Shown: in pieces, positions 23,314 through 36,905 of the stretch
Numbering within the stretch: position 1 is the first letter of the stretch
Layout of the letters: each line of letters starts with the position of its first letter
Assembly: GCA_018398765.1 (NCBI GenBank)
Contig: JAHBMJ010000352.1
Coordinates: forward strand, 1 to 49,898
From: Chromera velia
Lineage: Eukaryota
DNA length: 49,898 nucleotides
Direction of reading: 5' to 3'
Program-made: the position numbers and the translations under genes
Notes under the pieces: generated by a model
What the model was told of the DNA's origin: nothing
The model's input: the letters and a program-made list of their open reading frames with translations, nothing else
Database searches by the model: none

Positions 23314-25996
23314 TTTTTCTGTGTTTCTTCCTTCATCCTTCCTTTCTTTCTTTGTTTCTTTCTTTCTTCTCTTCTTCCAAAACACAGACGGACGGAAAGA
23401 GAGAAAACGAGATGAACGACAAGCGCGCACTCGTGTGTTGGGGGTTGTTGTGTTGCGTTTGTTGTGGAGTGTTCTTGGGTGGTGGTGGTGGTGGTGGTGT
23501 GCCTTCGCACTCCCACTGCTACAACTGATCGCTATCTGCCTCAGGCAGACCTGATCGATGCGAAAAAAAAAGAGGTAAGGGAGCGAAAGGAGACGAGAAG
23601 AGAGGAAAGCACCAAGACACGGAAAGGACTGACTTTCTCCTTCAACTTTCTGCAGAAAAACTGTTCTTTCGCAGTTTCGCGAACAGACTGCAGTCAGTCG
23701 AACCAGCGTGGCAGGGCGAAAAAACGGATGAGTCACTAAGTGACGGCTGGCATGCAAGTTGAAAATGCTAGTGGCTCTCACGCATGTTTAGAGCAGTGGG
23801 ACTTCTCCGATCGATCCAGAAGTGACGAGGGAAGAAAGGAGGAGAAATGAAGCACAGACATCAATCGAATTTAGCTTCTCTCTCCTAATTTTTCTCTCCT
23901 TCATGCACACCCTCGCTCAGTCGCTACTCGAAACTGCCCTTTTACACGACCCAAAACGCTTCCTGTCTATCTTGCAATTTGGAGGAGCAATCTTCGTATA
24001 TCGCTTTGTCCCCCCCCCCCCTCAGCAGTTGGTTCATTCCTGAGTCCTCTGACCGTCCTCCCTCCCTGTTTCTCAGGCAACGATCTCAAGAAGAAAAACC
24101 AAGCGTCAGCAGGAACCAAGAAACAGACAGGTTCGTTTGCGTGCCGTAACGCAGCAGGGTAGACAGACAGGCAGATTCACTGACTGACTGACATCGAGAA
24201 AGTCGTCGAGTCCGATGGCCTTGTTGTGAAACGCGTCCGCAAGGCTGCACCGAGGGAGGCACCGTTGGGGAGGGGGGCCAAGGGACGTGAATCAGCACGA
24301 GAGAAAGAAAAATCAAAGCTGACGTACATGCCCACACGATGGAGGCAGAAAAAAAGAGAGAAGTACAGAAAAACAAGAAGACAAGGGGACATCCGAGAGA
24401 GACCATCACACAGAAAGCGCGAGCTCGATCGAGTTTCCACCTTTCTCTCTCTGTGTCTTCCTTTCGACCAGACAAACAAAGAAATGTGCAACCCACAGTG
24501 AAGGGAAACGGCACGGCTTGATGCTTGCTGCAGCCCTTGTCTAGGAATTGCTGGAAGTTCTTATCGGCATCATGCGGCACGCCAACGGACACGCAACAGC
24601 CCGGGAGACGTGCTTGACTGACGCCATCCTTTTCTCATACAGATGATACAATGGCAATTTGCGTGTGTGTTGAGCGTGTCCACAACACCCGTGGGCGCTC
24701 TTGTCAGAGAGAGAACAGAAAAACTCAAGGGAGAGAGGCGGTGAAAGGAAAAAGAAAACGAAGAGGCACGTACTATTCCCGAGGAAGAAGCCAATGCATT
24801 GATGCATCAACCAACTTCTTCCGTATCGGTGTTATTCAACCGCCACTCTGTGCGGATGAAATGACTGCACGTCTTCCCTTCACATTCTGACCGGAGAGAG
24901 GCAATTCAAGTACAGGTAAAAACGAAGAACAAATCCAGTCAGCCATCCAGGAAGTGAGTCGGACAGCAAGTCAGCAAGAGAAGCAAAACAGAAGGAAAAA
25001 AAAAACGTAGAACGGAAAGGGGAGCTCTTGACTTGCCTGTCTATCAAGTCGTCAAATGCCGAGGCCTGTGCAGTCACGTCAATAAGCTGACGACTGCGAG
25101 GATCTGCCCCCTGAACAAATTCCGAAGCCACGAACTGCAGACCAGAGCAGTACAAGGAAACGAAAGAGTGGGGCACAGAAACACAAAGAGACTGCTACAA
25201 GAAAGGCGAACGAACAAGGGAAACGAAGAGAAAAAAGTACGTGATGGGTGCACCCCAATCCTCGACCGTGAATGTGTGCTCTGATGTCTCGAGCCATCCA
25301 TGGAGCACACAATTTCTGTTCTTGGGCGTGCGTAGGAAAACTGAATGTGGCGCTAACACATCCGAGGAACTCACTCCTCGAAGGCCCGTTGGGTTTGGCC
25401 ATTTTGTCACTCGAATATGTGCCAGGACAACTGCCAAACTGACTCACGGCGACTCCCTTTTTGACTTGCGGGACTTTACATACAGATAGATACGGAGTTC
25501 GTCTTCATACGCGCTTCAAGATCTTTCTTCAACTGATTGAAGTCCGCAGCATGTGCATTTGAGTCACGGGCATGAAGAGAAAAAAACTGACAGGTCTCCC
25601 CTTTTCTCGCTTGATGGTCTCTTCGGCTTGTCCCTGGGTCTTCTTCAAAGTGACGACATCTGACTCCATCCGTTCCTGCAACAACATGGGGCAGGCAAAG
25701 AAGGACAAAGAGGACCAACGTAAACGCAGGGACTCTCCCCAAGTCACCAAATGCTGCCTGTGTCCCGGTATTTGTGTTAAACTGTTCGAGCGAGAATCAC
25801 ATGATGATGGCGACGCACGCAAGGTAAAGAGAGGAAGGAAGGAATCCGGACAATTTCAGAGAACGAAGGGAACACAACGGAGAGGCTCTCACAGGAAAGA
25901 AGTCTGACGGGCCTTCGGGAATGCAGACCGGGCACCCAACCACGCACAGAGTCATAGTCAACCACACTCTGATACGCGATCACTCACTCACTCACT

Positions 25997-26027
<31 letters not shown>

Positions 26028-27625
26028 ACAGGGGGGGGGGCGGGGGAAGCGGGCGCACCGTTTCGCTTTCAATGATTTGCATTTGTTGCGTCACAATCAG
26101 TTCCCGTTGTTCCAGTTTCTCCTGAGTGTCCAGCAGCTCATCCATCTCTTTAACTTTCGGTTCCAGCACCGTCTGCCACCGTGACCGGACTGCAAAGTCG
26201 GTCGTACACACAATGTAATGCAGAAGGAACAGCGCAAGCAAACCAGAGAGAGACGTACAAGGCTCCAGTAAAACATACAAAAAAAGACAAAAAGAGAGAT
26301 ACATACTGCTGTGCACAGAAAAAACTGTTTGCCTCACTCTGTGTGAGAAGCAGCCGCTCATACACTCAAACACCAAAACCAAGGATCGGTTTTCACTGCG
26401 GTCAACAGAGAGTGCTTCCTTCACCCCTCTTTCCTCCCAACATTCCCCCACCCTTTCTTCAAAGCAGCAGTGCAATTCTCCCCCCTCACCTTTTTGTTTG
26501 ATGTCCTCCTTCAAAGTGTCCAGCCGGGATTTCACTGGCGCAGCTGCACAGGAGGAATTTGAATGAAAAGGGAAATTACTGACTCGACCAAAGTGGAAAT
26601 ACCTCACTCTCCTTCCTTCCATTGACCTTTGCAGAGGGAAGAAAGACCGGGATGCACGAGGCTCACTCAAATGACGACGTGCGTAGGACGACCGAAAAGA
26701 AAAAACCTCCCACGCGGAGAGAGAGCAGCAACGTAAGAGAAGAGGCGCAACAGAAAAAGTGCACGCATTCAGTACCTCGCCTCTCTTCCCCACACCCCCA
26801 CCCACCCACCCACCTTGCACTGGAGGACGCGACACCGGTTCAGGCTGAGGCGGCGGGGACGGCTGTTGTTGTGCCTCCGATTGCGAGACTGCGTAGACCG
26901 GCGGGTCCGAGCTAAACGTGGACGAAATCATGGTCGTTAGCTCGGTCTGCAAAACATCAAATGTGCACGCAGGGTTCTTGACTGTCGTTTCTTCCTACGA
27001 TCACTTCCACCCGTGTTGGGGCGGGCAGCTGTTGGCCGACTCATCGGCTTTCGCCCACTCAGGGCCAGGGAAGGGGATGAAGACACACAAGACAAGCGCT
27101 GGCAGGCATCAGGGCAGAAGACTGCCCATGCACAAGCTCTGTCGGAATTGGGGGAGGAGAGAGTGAGGGCGGTTATAAAGCCGGAAGAAGGCATTGATTT
27201 TAAGTCAAGGGGTGAGAAGAGGAAGAGGAAGGGCAGCAGACTGGGAAGATCTGGACTGACCAGAGACGATGTGTGTTGGTTCCACGACGACAAATAGGGC
27301 AGGTAGATCATTCCCCGTTGGTCCACGTGTTTGTGCCGAGGTTTGATCTTCATCGTTGGTGTGGGGGTGACGAAACACCGAGGGCCCTGGGTGGGATAGG
27401 GAGGATCGAAGTAGACGGTGACGGGGATGTTGTACTGGTTTCCGGAGAACCAGATAGGGATCGTTCCGTAAAGGTAAAAGAGGGTCACTTGCCGGCCGTT
27501 CGAATCTGCAGCGGAGGGAGCGAGTGCAATTAAATGTGTACATGAATCGATCATTCAAAAGGGAGGTCGGTCAACAGATGTATGACGGGCAGGACTCAAG
27601 GGAAAGAGACAAAAAAAGCAAAAAG

Positions 27626-27667
<42 letters not shown>

Positions 27668-27687
27668 ACGAACGAACGAACGAACGA

Positions 27688-27722
<35 letters not shown>

Positions 27723-27724
27723 GA

Positions 27725-27759
<35 letters not shown>

Positions 27760-28944
27760 GAAGGAAGGAAGGAAGAAGGAAGGAAGGAAGGAACGAAGGA
27801 AGGGAGGGAAGGAAGGAAGGAGGAAGCAAGGAAGGAAGGGAAGGGAGGGAGGGAGGGAGGGAGGAAGGAAGGGAGGGAAGGAAGGAAGGATGGAAGGAAG
27901 GCACGAAGGAAGGAAGGAAGGAAGGCACGAAGGAAGGGAGGGAAGGAAGGAAGGAGGAAGCAAGGAAGGAAGGAAGGGAAGGGAAGGGAGGGAGGGAGGG
28001 AGGGAGGGAGGAAGGAAGGGAGGGAGGGAAGGAAGGAAGGGATGGAAGGAAGGCACGAAGGAAGGAAGGAAGGAAGGAAGGAAGGAAGGAAGGAAGGAAG
28101 GAAGGAAGGCACGAAGGAAGGAAGAAAGGAAGGAAGGCACGAAGGAAGGAAGGAAGGAACGGGAAGATAAAGAAAGATTGAGACAAAGAGAAAGAAGAAA
28201 TAAAATAAACTAAATAAATAAATAAAGGAAGAGGAAGGATGCCCTAAAGTGAAGATTTGAGCACCCCTTGCCTCTCACATCGCTCGGCAGATTTGACGTA
28301 ATCGCATAAGTCATACGCTACTTCCTGCCGCGTCTCCACACGACCAGACAGAGAAAAACAGAGAAGTACGCTTGATATACTTACAGGCAGACAGATATGC
28401 AAGCAGACAGCACACCGAGGGAGGGAGGCGAAGAAGAAGAAAGAAAAAGGACAGCGAATGCAGAGCAAAGCGCCAGTCATCCATGAAAAGAAACGCAGAA
28501 ACGAATGGGGGCCGGGGGAGCAGAGACAAAGGCCAGACCAGACCAGAACAGAGTAGACCAGGGAACGAGGGGACCAGGACGGCAGGAACGGCGATGCGCC
28601 AGACGCGCAAGGTGAAGAAAGCGAGATGGCAGAAAAGAAAGGGAAAGCACAAAAGATTGCCACAAGACCGCTGGCACAAACGTGCAAAAGCGCGATGAGA
28701 ACAGAGAGAAGGCGAGAGAGACGTGAAAAGAGACAGATTACGAAAACGGCAAAATCCTTCTGCACAGTGGCAACGAGGTGGAACACAAAGGAACAGTGCG
28801 ACAGCCGGTTTCCCTGATGGACTGACTGAAGCTTCCAACATTTGGTTTCAAGGACGCCATTTGTGCGAGGAGACTTTCCACATCCCTCCGGAGCCTCGCG
28901 ACATCTTGATAGAACCCAACTTGACTCCACAAATTATTGTACAT
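22988..28944 (-). CDS. TSG101: ESCRT-I subunit TSG101/Vps23: UEV domain, Pro-rich linker, coiled coil, steadiness box; multi-exon
   Basis: First exon MYNNLWSQVGFYQD...LKPNVGSF. UEV exon LYGTIPIWFSGNQYNIPV...YPTQGPRCFVTPT...HVDQRGMIYLPYL. Steadiness box across exons: FDDLIDS|LADAFHNKAIGLDDFLD|SVRETAKEQFFCRKLKEK. Last exon ATLAAKQ...AYRI*. Confidence 0.9.
27630..28160 (+). repeat. Compound (GA)n/(GAAA)n/(GGAA)n microsatellite in TSG101 intron 1
   Basis: Directly visible; it produces the spurious low-complexity ORFs at 27524-28213. Confidence 0.95.
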
Positions 28945-29712
28945 TCTTCCCAAAAAGGAAGAACCACAGGTTAAGGTTCTTAATTACACACAGAAGGCGA
29001 TTAAAAGACTTCAATGGGCTTGCAGCTCCCCACCAGATCTAATTCTATTGACTCGAGACGGAGCAACACGACCAACCAACAAACCACTCTCCAGCAGACA
29101 AAATGACAAAAACGGTCACGCAGGAGCTCCTCGCCACACCACGCGAGCGACTGAGATCAAGGAGACTCAGCGCATGCAAGTGAATTGGGCGGTTTGTGCC
29201 TTCGGGTGTTTACGTCCATCAATGATTCAGCACTGACTCTGAGCAGAGCGGGCAGAGCCTGATCGAATCGAAGTGGACAGGCCATGCGCAATCCGCGATG
29301 TCAAGGCACTTGTCTCCGATTCATTCCGGTTCGCGATCCGCGCACTTTTGTTTCTGGGGCCTCTGCACGGGCGCGTGAAGTCACGAAGGAGTTTTTCGGA
29401 TTCAGACTGAATGAGCTCACCCGGCCGACAACAGATGACAACAGTTGAGTGAGCCGTAGTGCCTCTTGTCACGACGTTGGTTTCATCATGCTTCATCAAT
29501 CGCTGTGAATTGATGTGTCCCGCCTTTGTCAGATCAGTGGAGCCTCAATTTAATTCAGCCTGACCAAGTTGAACTGTTGAACTTGGCCCGTGAGTGATCA
29601 TTACGGTAATTACGTGTTCAGCGTGCGTGACTTCCCAAGGAAGTGCTTGGGACTTGAAGTGAGTGAACTGTCGACTCATATTTTTTTTCTCTTCCTTTTC
29701 AGCTTCTGATAG

Positions 29713-30537
29713 ATGGAGGAGAAAATGGCGGATGCCGATGGGCATATGAGCTCTAGAGGAGCTGGTGAGGGGGCGCTGTTTCCCGATGAAAGGATGCACG
29801 CCCCGATGCCAAACTTCAAAGACGACGGGAAATTTCTGTCCTTCTGGGCCAATTGGAAGTTGACCACTCGGCCCCGCCGCGTGGCACTCCTCATTGACGA
29901 CGCACAGGAGGAATACAGGCCGTTTGCAAAGCAGATCCTCCCATCCCTCGAGAGACTCCTGGCAGCCTTCAGGGATTCCGACTTGCCTGTTGTCTGGAGT
30001 ACCTGGTCTCGAAGGTTCAATGACGGTATTTGCAATGCCATGGACAGGTGGTATGGGCCCTACGGGGTCACGTCAAAAGAGAACGCGTGCTACATTTACG
30101 GGACAGAGGGGACAGAGGTTCTGACTGAGATTAAGCCCTCAGCTGCCGAGCTAGAAAAGCCCAACAGGTTCATTTACGACTCCGTCATGCTGGACATGTT
30201 CTGGCGGTTTGACGAAAAGGGACGTTCCCTGTTGGACGAGAAGCTCAGGTCCCTAGACGTCGACACGATCATCCTCACAGGTCTGTGGACAGACGAGTGT
30301 ATCGTCGCCACAGCGTATGCCGGCCTGTCGAGGGGGTATGACGTGGTGGTGGTCTCTGACGCTGTCGACACCGCCACTCCGAATCACGCAGCTGCCCTCC
30401 AAGTGATGAGGGGTACCTGTTCCCTTGTGGTGACGACAGAGGAGGTGGAGGAGTATGTGAGAACGCAACTCGAGACCTGCCCTCCGGGGAGCTTCAAGGG
30501 GAAAGCTGCACCGGACGGCAGACTCGAGTTGAGCTAG
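29713..30537 (+). CDS. Isochorismatase-like cysteine hydrolase, intronless, 274 aa
   Basis: ALLIDDAQEEY (catalytic Asp region), PVVWS, and DTIILTGLWTDECIVATAYAGLSRGYDVVVVSDAV (catalytic Cys region). Confidence 0.9.
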   Translation: MEEKMADADGHMSSRGAGEGALFPDERMHAPMPNFKDDGKFLSFWANWKLTTRPRRVALLIDDAQEEYRPFAKQILPSLERLLAAFRDSDLPVVWSTWSRRFNDGICNAMDRWYGPYGVTSKENACYIYGTEGTEVLTEIKPSAAELEKPNRFIYDSVMLDMFWRFDEKGRSLLDEKLRSLDVDTIILTGLWTDECIVATAYAGLSRGYDVVVVSDAVDTATPNHAAALQVMRGTCSLVVTTEEVEEYVRTQLETCPPGSFKGKAAPDGRLELS

Positions 30538-30977
30538 AAAAGGGGGGGCAGGGACGGGTATTTTTCTTTATTTTCTTATTCTTTCCTTCCTTCCGTTCTC
30601 CCCATTCATTCAATGACATTCATTCATTCATTCATTCATTCATTCAATCAATCATTCATTCATTCATTTATTCATTCATTCATTCCGTTCGTTCGTTCGT
30701 TCGATCCTTCCTTCCTTCTCCTCTTCCGTCTGTTTTTTTCTTTTAATGCGAAAGAATACACTGCTGGATAGGCGAAAGAGTACTTTCGGGTGGAAGCTTG
30801 TAAAGAGCCACTCTGTGAGCGGATTAGCTTGAATGTTGCTAAAAGTGCACACGAAGGCTCTTTCGAATGTATTCGAGTACATCTCTTTCGCCACTGTCTC
30901 GCTGCCTGAGACTCAGTCTGTCTCTCCGAGCTTCAGGCTTTCGAACTCTGGAGAGAGTCAGCTGACTTCACCCACTG

Positions 30978-31028
<51 letters not shown>

Positions 31029-31974
31029 TTCTTTCTTTCTTTCTTTTCTTTCTTTCTTTCTTTCGAGGGACACATCAAATGGTTGACTCAATGGAGGGCT
31101 TTTGGGCGTCCATGTGAAACTGTGAGTGCATGTGTGAAATGAATGTTCTCTCCCCGGAAGCATGCACGCGTGTCCTTCAATGACTCTGAAGGTCCAGTGA
31201 AGGAAGATACCGCCGAGTACGTGTGCATGTTTGTGAAAGGATCGAGAGAACGGCTGAAGCTCTTCGGGTGAAGACGGTCCGTGTGTGTGTTTTTGCCGCT
31301 CAGTGCCGCACGTACACCGCCCTCCCTTCTGAGTGAACGCTGCATGCTGCGCCGGCACATCATGCTGCATATAGCTTCGGCAAGGTGCATTCATACTATG
31401 CACTTTTGCTAGCACTTCTGAATGCATGTTGGTTCTAAAACCGTAACGGAAATTAAGCCTGTATAGTCGTCTAGATATAGTCATGAACGACTCAGATTTC
31501 AAACGTTTGCAGGCTTTGAAGAGTCTGAAGTTGAACCTAAAGTTGGCCCTAAACTCGCGTCTATAGCTTAACGTTTAGCTAGAATTGGGCTGATACCGGG
31601 GCTGTTTCGGATTTTAATTTAGATTTTAATTTGTATAATCGTATTCTATTGCATGTATTGCGTCATGTTCAAATTATTGTTCAATAATTGTAATCCTACC
31701 TATGATATGGTGATTCTCTAGGGTAATCTAGAGGGTGACTATACTAGTAATTTCTAGTAGTAAAAAAGAGTAATCAATTGAATTAAATTGAGGCAGTTAA
31801 AGCTGGTATACGGTTACCTAGACAGGTATACGTTAAAATCATATATAAAACTTTATTTTAAGGTATTTGATTAATTGATTTAGCCTAGTGATTTGGCGAA
31901 CCTAGTGGTGAACAGTATGGTTGAATATGCTGATAACAGTGTTAATTATCTCATATCTTGAATCTATCACCGAT

Positions 31975-34900
31975 TTAATCTTTCTGTTTGTCTCCTTTCG
32001 GGCTGTCATACATCTTGGTTTCCTTCTCCATAGAACCTTTGCTGCTCTCACTCAAATCGTCGTCACTGTCGGCGTCCTCTTCTCCATCTCCTCCGGCTGC
32101 TTCTGCAAGGCCCGCCAACGGATTTTCCTCTTCCAGACTCAAAAATCCGTCGTCAACCAACTCCCGGAGCCAGATGAGACGCCGAGAGACTTCAAGTGCT
32201 TTCTCAGACTCTCTCCCGCCCAAAGAGGAGCGAGCAGCCAAAGAGTTCTCCCCGTCCTCCGCAGCCTGGGGGGGATCTTCTCCGGGTGCCAAACTCACAG
32301 GGGCCCCCTCGAGAAGAGTGGAGATCGTGGGAGTCACACCCTCTGGCGGAGCAGACGGGGGCGTCTCGCCCTCAATGGCTGCCTTCAGTGCTCCTACCCC
32401 GTCTCCGACTTCCCTCCTGATATCTCTGCCGAATCTGGACCTCAACCTCTGAATACCATGCAGCGTCTCAGGTTTCCTCACCTCTGCACCCCGCCGGAAC
32501 GCTTCCCTTCCCCCCTCTGCTGCTTCCCTGTTCACCCTCTCGGGTTGCCTCGTCACAGCCAGAGACTTCAGGCAGATGCTCCAGAGGGGGGGGACAGGGG
32601 GCCTATCCCTGGGAGGATTGTCGACATCCAGGCCCTCAAAGAAGGGATGACGCTTCACTTCTGCAAGGGCTGCAAGAACGAACGAAGAGAAAGGCAAGGC
32701 ACGCACAGAGAGAGCAGAGAGGGTTCAGAAGGCGGTAGTGGGAAGAGACAGTGAAAGACGAGTGGAAAGCGAGAAGAAAAAGTCCATTTTTTTTTCGATT
32801 GGCTGCTTGAATAGGGAAAAATGTGTTTTCTCTCAGAAAGCTGGCAAAGCAACTGGCGGATCGACTGACTTACTAAATGAGTAAGTGAATGATGTACTCA
32901 CTGTCTCCATGACGAACAGTCTGACTGACTGACTGACTGACTGACTGACTCACTGACTGACTCACTCACTGACTGAATATTTCCTCAATCAGTTAACGCA
33001 TAAACGAATGAATGAATGAATGAATAAATAAATGAATGAATGGATGAATGAATGAATGAATCAATGAATGAATCGACAAAAAAGTGAATGAATAAGCAAA
33101 AGATGCACTGACTGACTGACTGACTGTCTGACTGACACAATCTGTCATCAGGGTCCACCTTGACCAGTCGCCGCACAAGATCTTCCAACAGGGGAGGGAA
33201 TCCGAAAGGGAACGTCAGGTTCTTCTCTCCCTCCATCGACTGCATGCGTCAGTGAGTGGAGTGGAGTGCAGCGCAGCAGTGCATCTAATCCAATCAAATT
33301 CAAATACGCATGCATGCATTGTGACCCTCTAATTCCTTTCATCTGAGATGATTTTTTTTTTTTCATGCACAACGACATTCATGAAGTGATTGATCAATCT
33401 GACCTGCCATTCGCGCATACTTCTTCTCTTCCTTCACCCAGATTATTTCAAAATCTCCACTCATCTGTTTGTGCATGAACCGTCCCAGGAGGCCTCTGTT
33501 GCCACGGGGGAAAAGGCCATCCATGCAACTACCCCCCACACAACCCACCCATTCGTCCATAGAGAAAGAAGGAAGGCAGCCGCGATGAAAAAAAAAAGAC
33601 AGGTGAACAAAGTGTCCCCTCCCTCCCCACACCTTTAGGTAGACCAGATACTCAGAGTTCGCCTCAAACGGAGGTTCTCCCGAGGCCATCTGGAAGAGGG
33701 TGCACCCCAACGCCCAGAGGTCAGACCTGAAGTCGTTCCCCTTGTTTTGAATCGCCTCTGTGGAAAAGAGAGGTAAACAGGGAGAAAGAGTGATTGCGAA
33801 ATTGCTCCTTGCATTCAGGGCCTACAGAATTGGCGTTTCGAGAAGGAAAGCTTGGTGCTGCATCGGCAATAGATGCCTTGAATGTCATCTTTGTGAAAGA
33901 AGACGAGCGAAGGATCGGAATGGTTGAAACAGAAATTGGAGAAAGGAAGCATACAGACAGATGAACAAAGTGACTGAGGGAGGGCAGACCGGAAGGAAGC
34001 AAGGAAGAAAGGAAAACTGCAAGGAAAAACAATGATCAAGCAGGCAGACAATTCACAGGAGATTGGGGACTCGAGACCCCCCTTCCAAATGTACGGAAGC
34101 AAAATTCTTGTGACTGGGATGGATGGTTGGCTGCACCCCGGCTGACTGACTGACCTGGTGCCATGAAGTTTGCAGATCCTACATAGTGACTGAAAGTCTT
34201 TTGGCCCGCCCTGTTGCCTGCCCCCTCAAGGTCCGGTCTGTCTGCGTCGAGTGCAGTGCCGAAGTCGATCAGCTTGATGGCGCCCTCGTCGGTCAACATC
34301 AAATTTTCGCACTGGGCGGATGATGGGAGAGGAGAGGAGACACAAACAATCACAAAAAGGTTATACGCACACGAACACACACACACACACACAAGCGAAG
34401 AAAGAGAGAGAGAGCAACAGGAATGAGTTTAAAGGAGGCGATTGAAGGGAATGGAGGAGGTCTCAGGGAAAAGAAAGGAAGGAAGGTCGACAAATAGGTA
34501 CAAGCGGTCAGGGAAGCAAGCAGATGGGAGATCCACAATAAAGATGAGATGGGAAGTCTCAATTTTGAAGCTGATCAGAGGCCATCAATCAGCAGAACGG
34601 GAGAAGAGACAGAAAGAGGGAGATGGAAAGGAGGCCATCGCTGTGTGAACAAGCAAGCAAAGAAGAGAAAAAGACACAAGAAGGCAATCTACTGCAAAGC
34701 TCAACCAGGTGCATCCAACCCCCCCCCCCATATTTCTCTCGCTCGCTTCCACTGTTCCCCTGCTTTCCTTCTCCGTGTGCCCGCCCACCTTCAGGTCCCG
34801 ATGCACGACGTTCCTCGAGTGCAGGTACCCCAACGCACTCACTGTCTGTGCAGCCCACACCCGAAGAGAGGGCACATCCAGAGTCCCAACCCGCCGTACC

Positions 34901-36232
34901 ATCTCCCAAACTTCCCCACCCCTGCATTCACACATTGAACAAACACGTCACATCAGTATTCAGCGCCTGATTGACGACGGCTGGGCAGCTTCAGGGGCAC
35001 ACATGCTACTGAAAACTTTTGGTATCTGCAGATCTCTGCGGGCTGCTCTGGACAGTAGTGGAAGAAAAAAGTGCAGCTTTCGCGTTCGCCCAGCGAGGAA
35101 ACTGAATTACAGGCTAATGTAAGAACCGACAGAAAAACTCCCAGGAGAACGGAAGGTCTCGATCATCATTCAAGCAATTCGTCTCACCCAGTCCCTGGCG
35201 CACTCGAAGATTCATTTGTTCATTCATTCATCCATTCGTGCATGCATTCATTCATTTCTTTATTGCAGTGCCTTGAAAAAGACCAGAAAAGACCTCCGCT
35301 TGCCTCGTCACGTCCGCCCTCCGCCCACCCACCCACCCACCCGCAGTACTCTAAAATGAAGTACAACCCCCCAGTGGAGTCGTCCTTGAAAGTCTGGAAG
35401 AGGCGGACCACGTGCGGGTGTCCGGGTTCGTTCAGTTTTGTCAGCACGTGCTTCTCCATCAGCACGTCACGCTGTTTATGATGCCTCTCTACCTTTTGCT
35501 GCGTGCACACACAGACAAGACATAATAATGGAGGCCCGGAAGATCCAAAGAAAGAGAAAGAGAAAAGGGTTGAGAGGGTTTACCTTTTCCATGACTTTCA
35601 TTGCGAATTCGTTCCCAGTGCCCTTCTCGGTCACATGGAGCACTTCAGAAAAATTTCCCTGGCCAACAAGGCGCTCAATGACGAAATGGTCTGCCGTCGG
35701 CTGCAGAGCAGAGGAAGCACGCACGCAGGGGGGGAGGGATCATATATCAAATAAGTCGCTGTGATAGGTGATGCATGAAGGCAAAGAAGGAGAGTGCAGG
35801 AGCAGATATGACAGGCCGCAGAGTATAAAGAAAAAAGAAAGAAAGTGTAATGAATTACAGAGAGTCGGAAAAAGGAATCAATATCAGAGCAAAGGAGAAG
35901 GAGAAGGCCTCGCCAGTCAAGGCGACTTGGTGCGAGCGGACCACTCAGCAAATAATCTATGAGTCAAAGAAAACGCAACAAAAGAGCCGTCATCAGCATG
36001 AATAAACGTGCCTGAAAAAGAAATGGACAAAGAGGGAGAAAAAGATCCCAAAGAGAGCTCAGGCACTGAGAAGGAGTCGGGTGAATCTTTGTAAGATGAA
36101 TGTTGGGGAAAAGAGCGAAACGGCCCTCGAGCTCACCTTCCCATTTGCCGCTAATGGAGGGGCCGAAGGAAGTTTCCCACTCAGCTTGGATTCCTTGCTG
36201 GAGGAACTCTGCAGGAATCCTTTCTTCATCAT
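31975..36232 (-). CDS. AGC-group Ser/Thr protein kinase, PDK1-like, with acidic C-terminal tail; multi-exon
   Basis: Exon 1 MMKKG...NGK (36232-36137), then GQGNFSEV, FAMKVMEK, MEKHVL, LYFILEYC, HRDLK|CEN, DFGTA, YVGSANFMAP, DLWALGCTLFQM, PPFEANSEYLVY, LVKVDPDDRL and HPFF. Confidence 0.9.
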
Positions 36233-36905
36233 TTTGCACACAACCTATCCAGATGTTTTTCACGGGACGAAAGAATGCTACTCCGTCTACACAGATCCAG
36301 ACAACACGTGGCGAAGAGAGAAGAAGTATGACCCTTTCTATAGCCTGAGTGGAAGCCAAGCGCCCAGACTGCAGAGCTAGATGACAATGCCTCCAGTCCG
36401 CAATGTCTGGCTGTCGACGATCAGGGGATATCAGGGGCTCCACATCCGTGGCGACATTAATTGAAGAACCTGCCGCGATTATCCGCGATTCGATATCATT
36501 GCAAATCGCACGGAGACGCCACTTTTTGAGGCCGTATCATATTAATACATGCATGCCGGCCGGATCTTGTGGCGGCGCCATCATCCCGCCGCCATGCCGT
36601 GCGCATGCACGGTAGTTAATTCTGCAGCATGCATGCAGCGCCAGGGCATGGTCGCCGCGCCATGCAGGGCATCCTGAGGAACGTATGTACGTACGTGCAG
36701 TTTCTTATACAAGTTGTAAGATAGATGTTCGTCTCGGCAGACTCCGGGCAGAGCGAGACTACTTTCGTGTATTTCACGCTGCACTTGATTCAAAGCACCG
36801 AAAAGTGTCTGAATTGCTGTCGTGCAAAACCAATCGGTGAAGTGACTGGTTAGAAGAGAACAACAGAGCCGTTGTTTGTATATAGAATTCGGGAACGTTG
36901 CACAG

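Noticed and set aside
27524..28213. Long ORFs of EGRK/PSFL repeats (also 12046-12703, 44329-44998, 45916-46319, 48549-49358)
   Set aside because: These are stop-free translations of microsatellites, mostly intronic.
35964..36443. 159-aa minus ORF and 99-aa plus ORF as separate genes
   Set aside because: They overlap kinase exon 1 (36232-36137), which splices in frame to the kinase domain.
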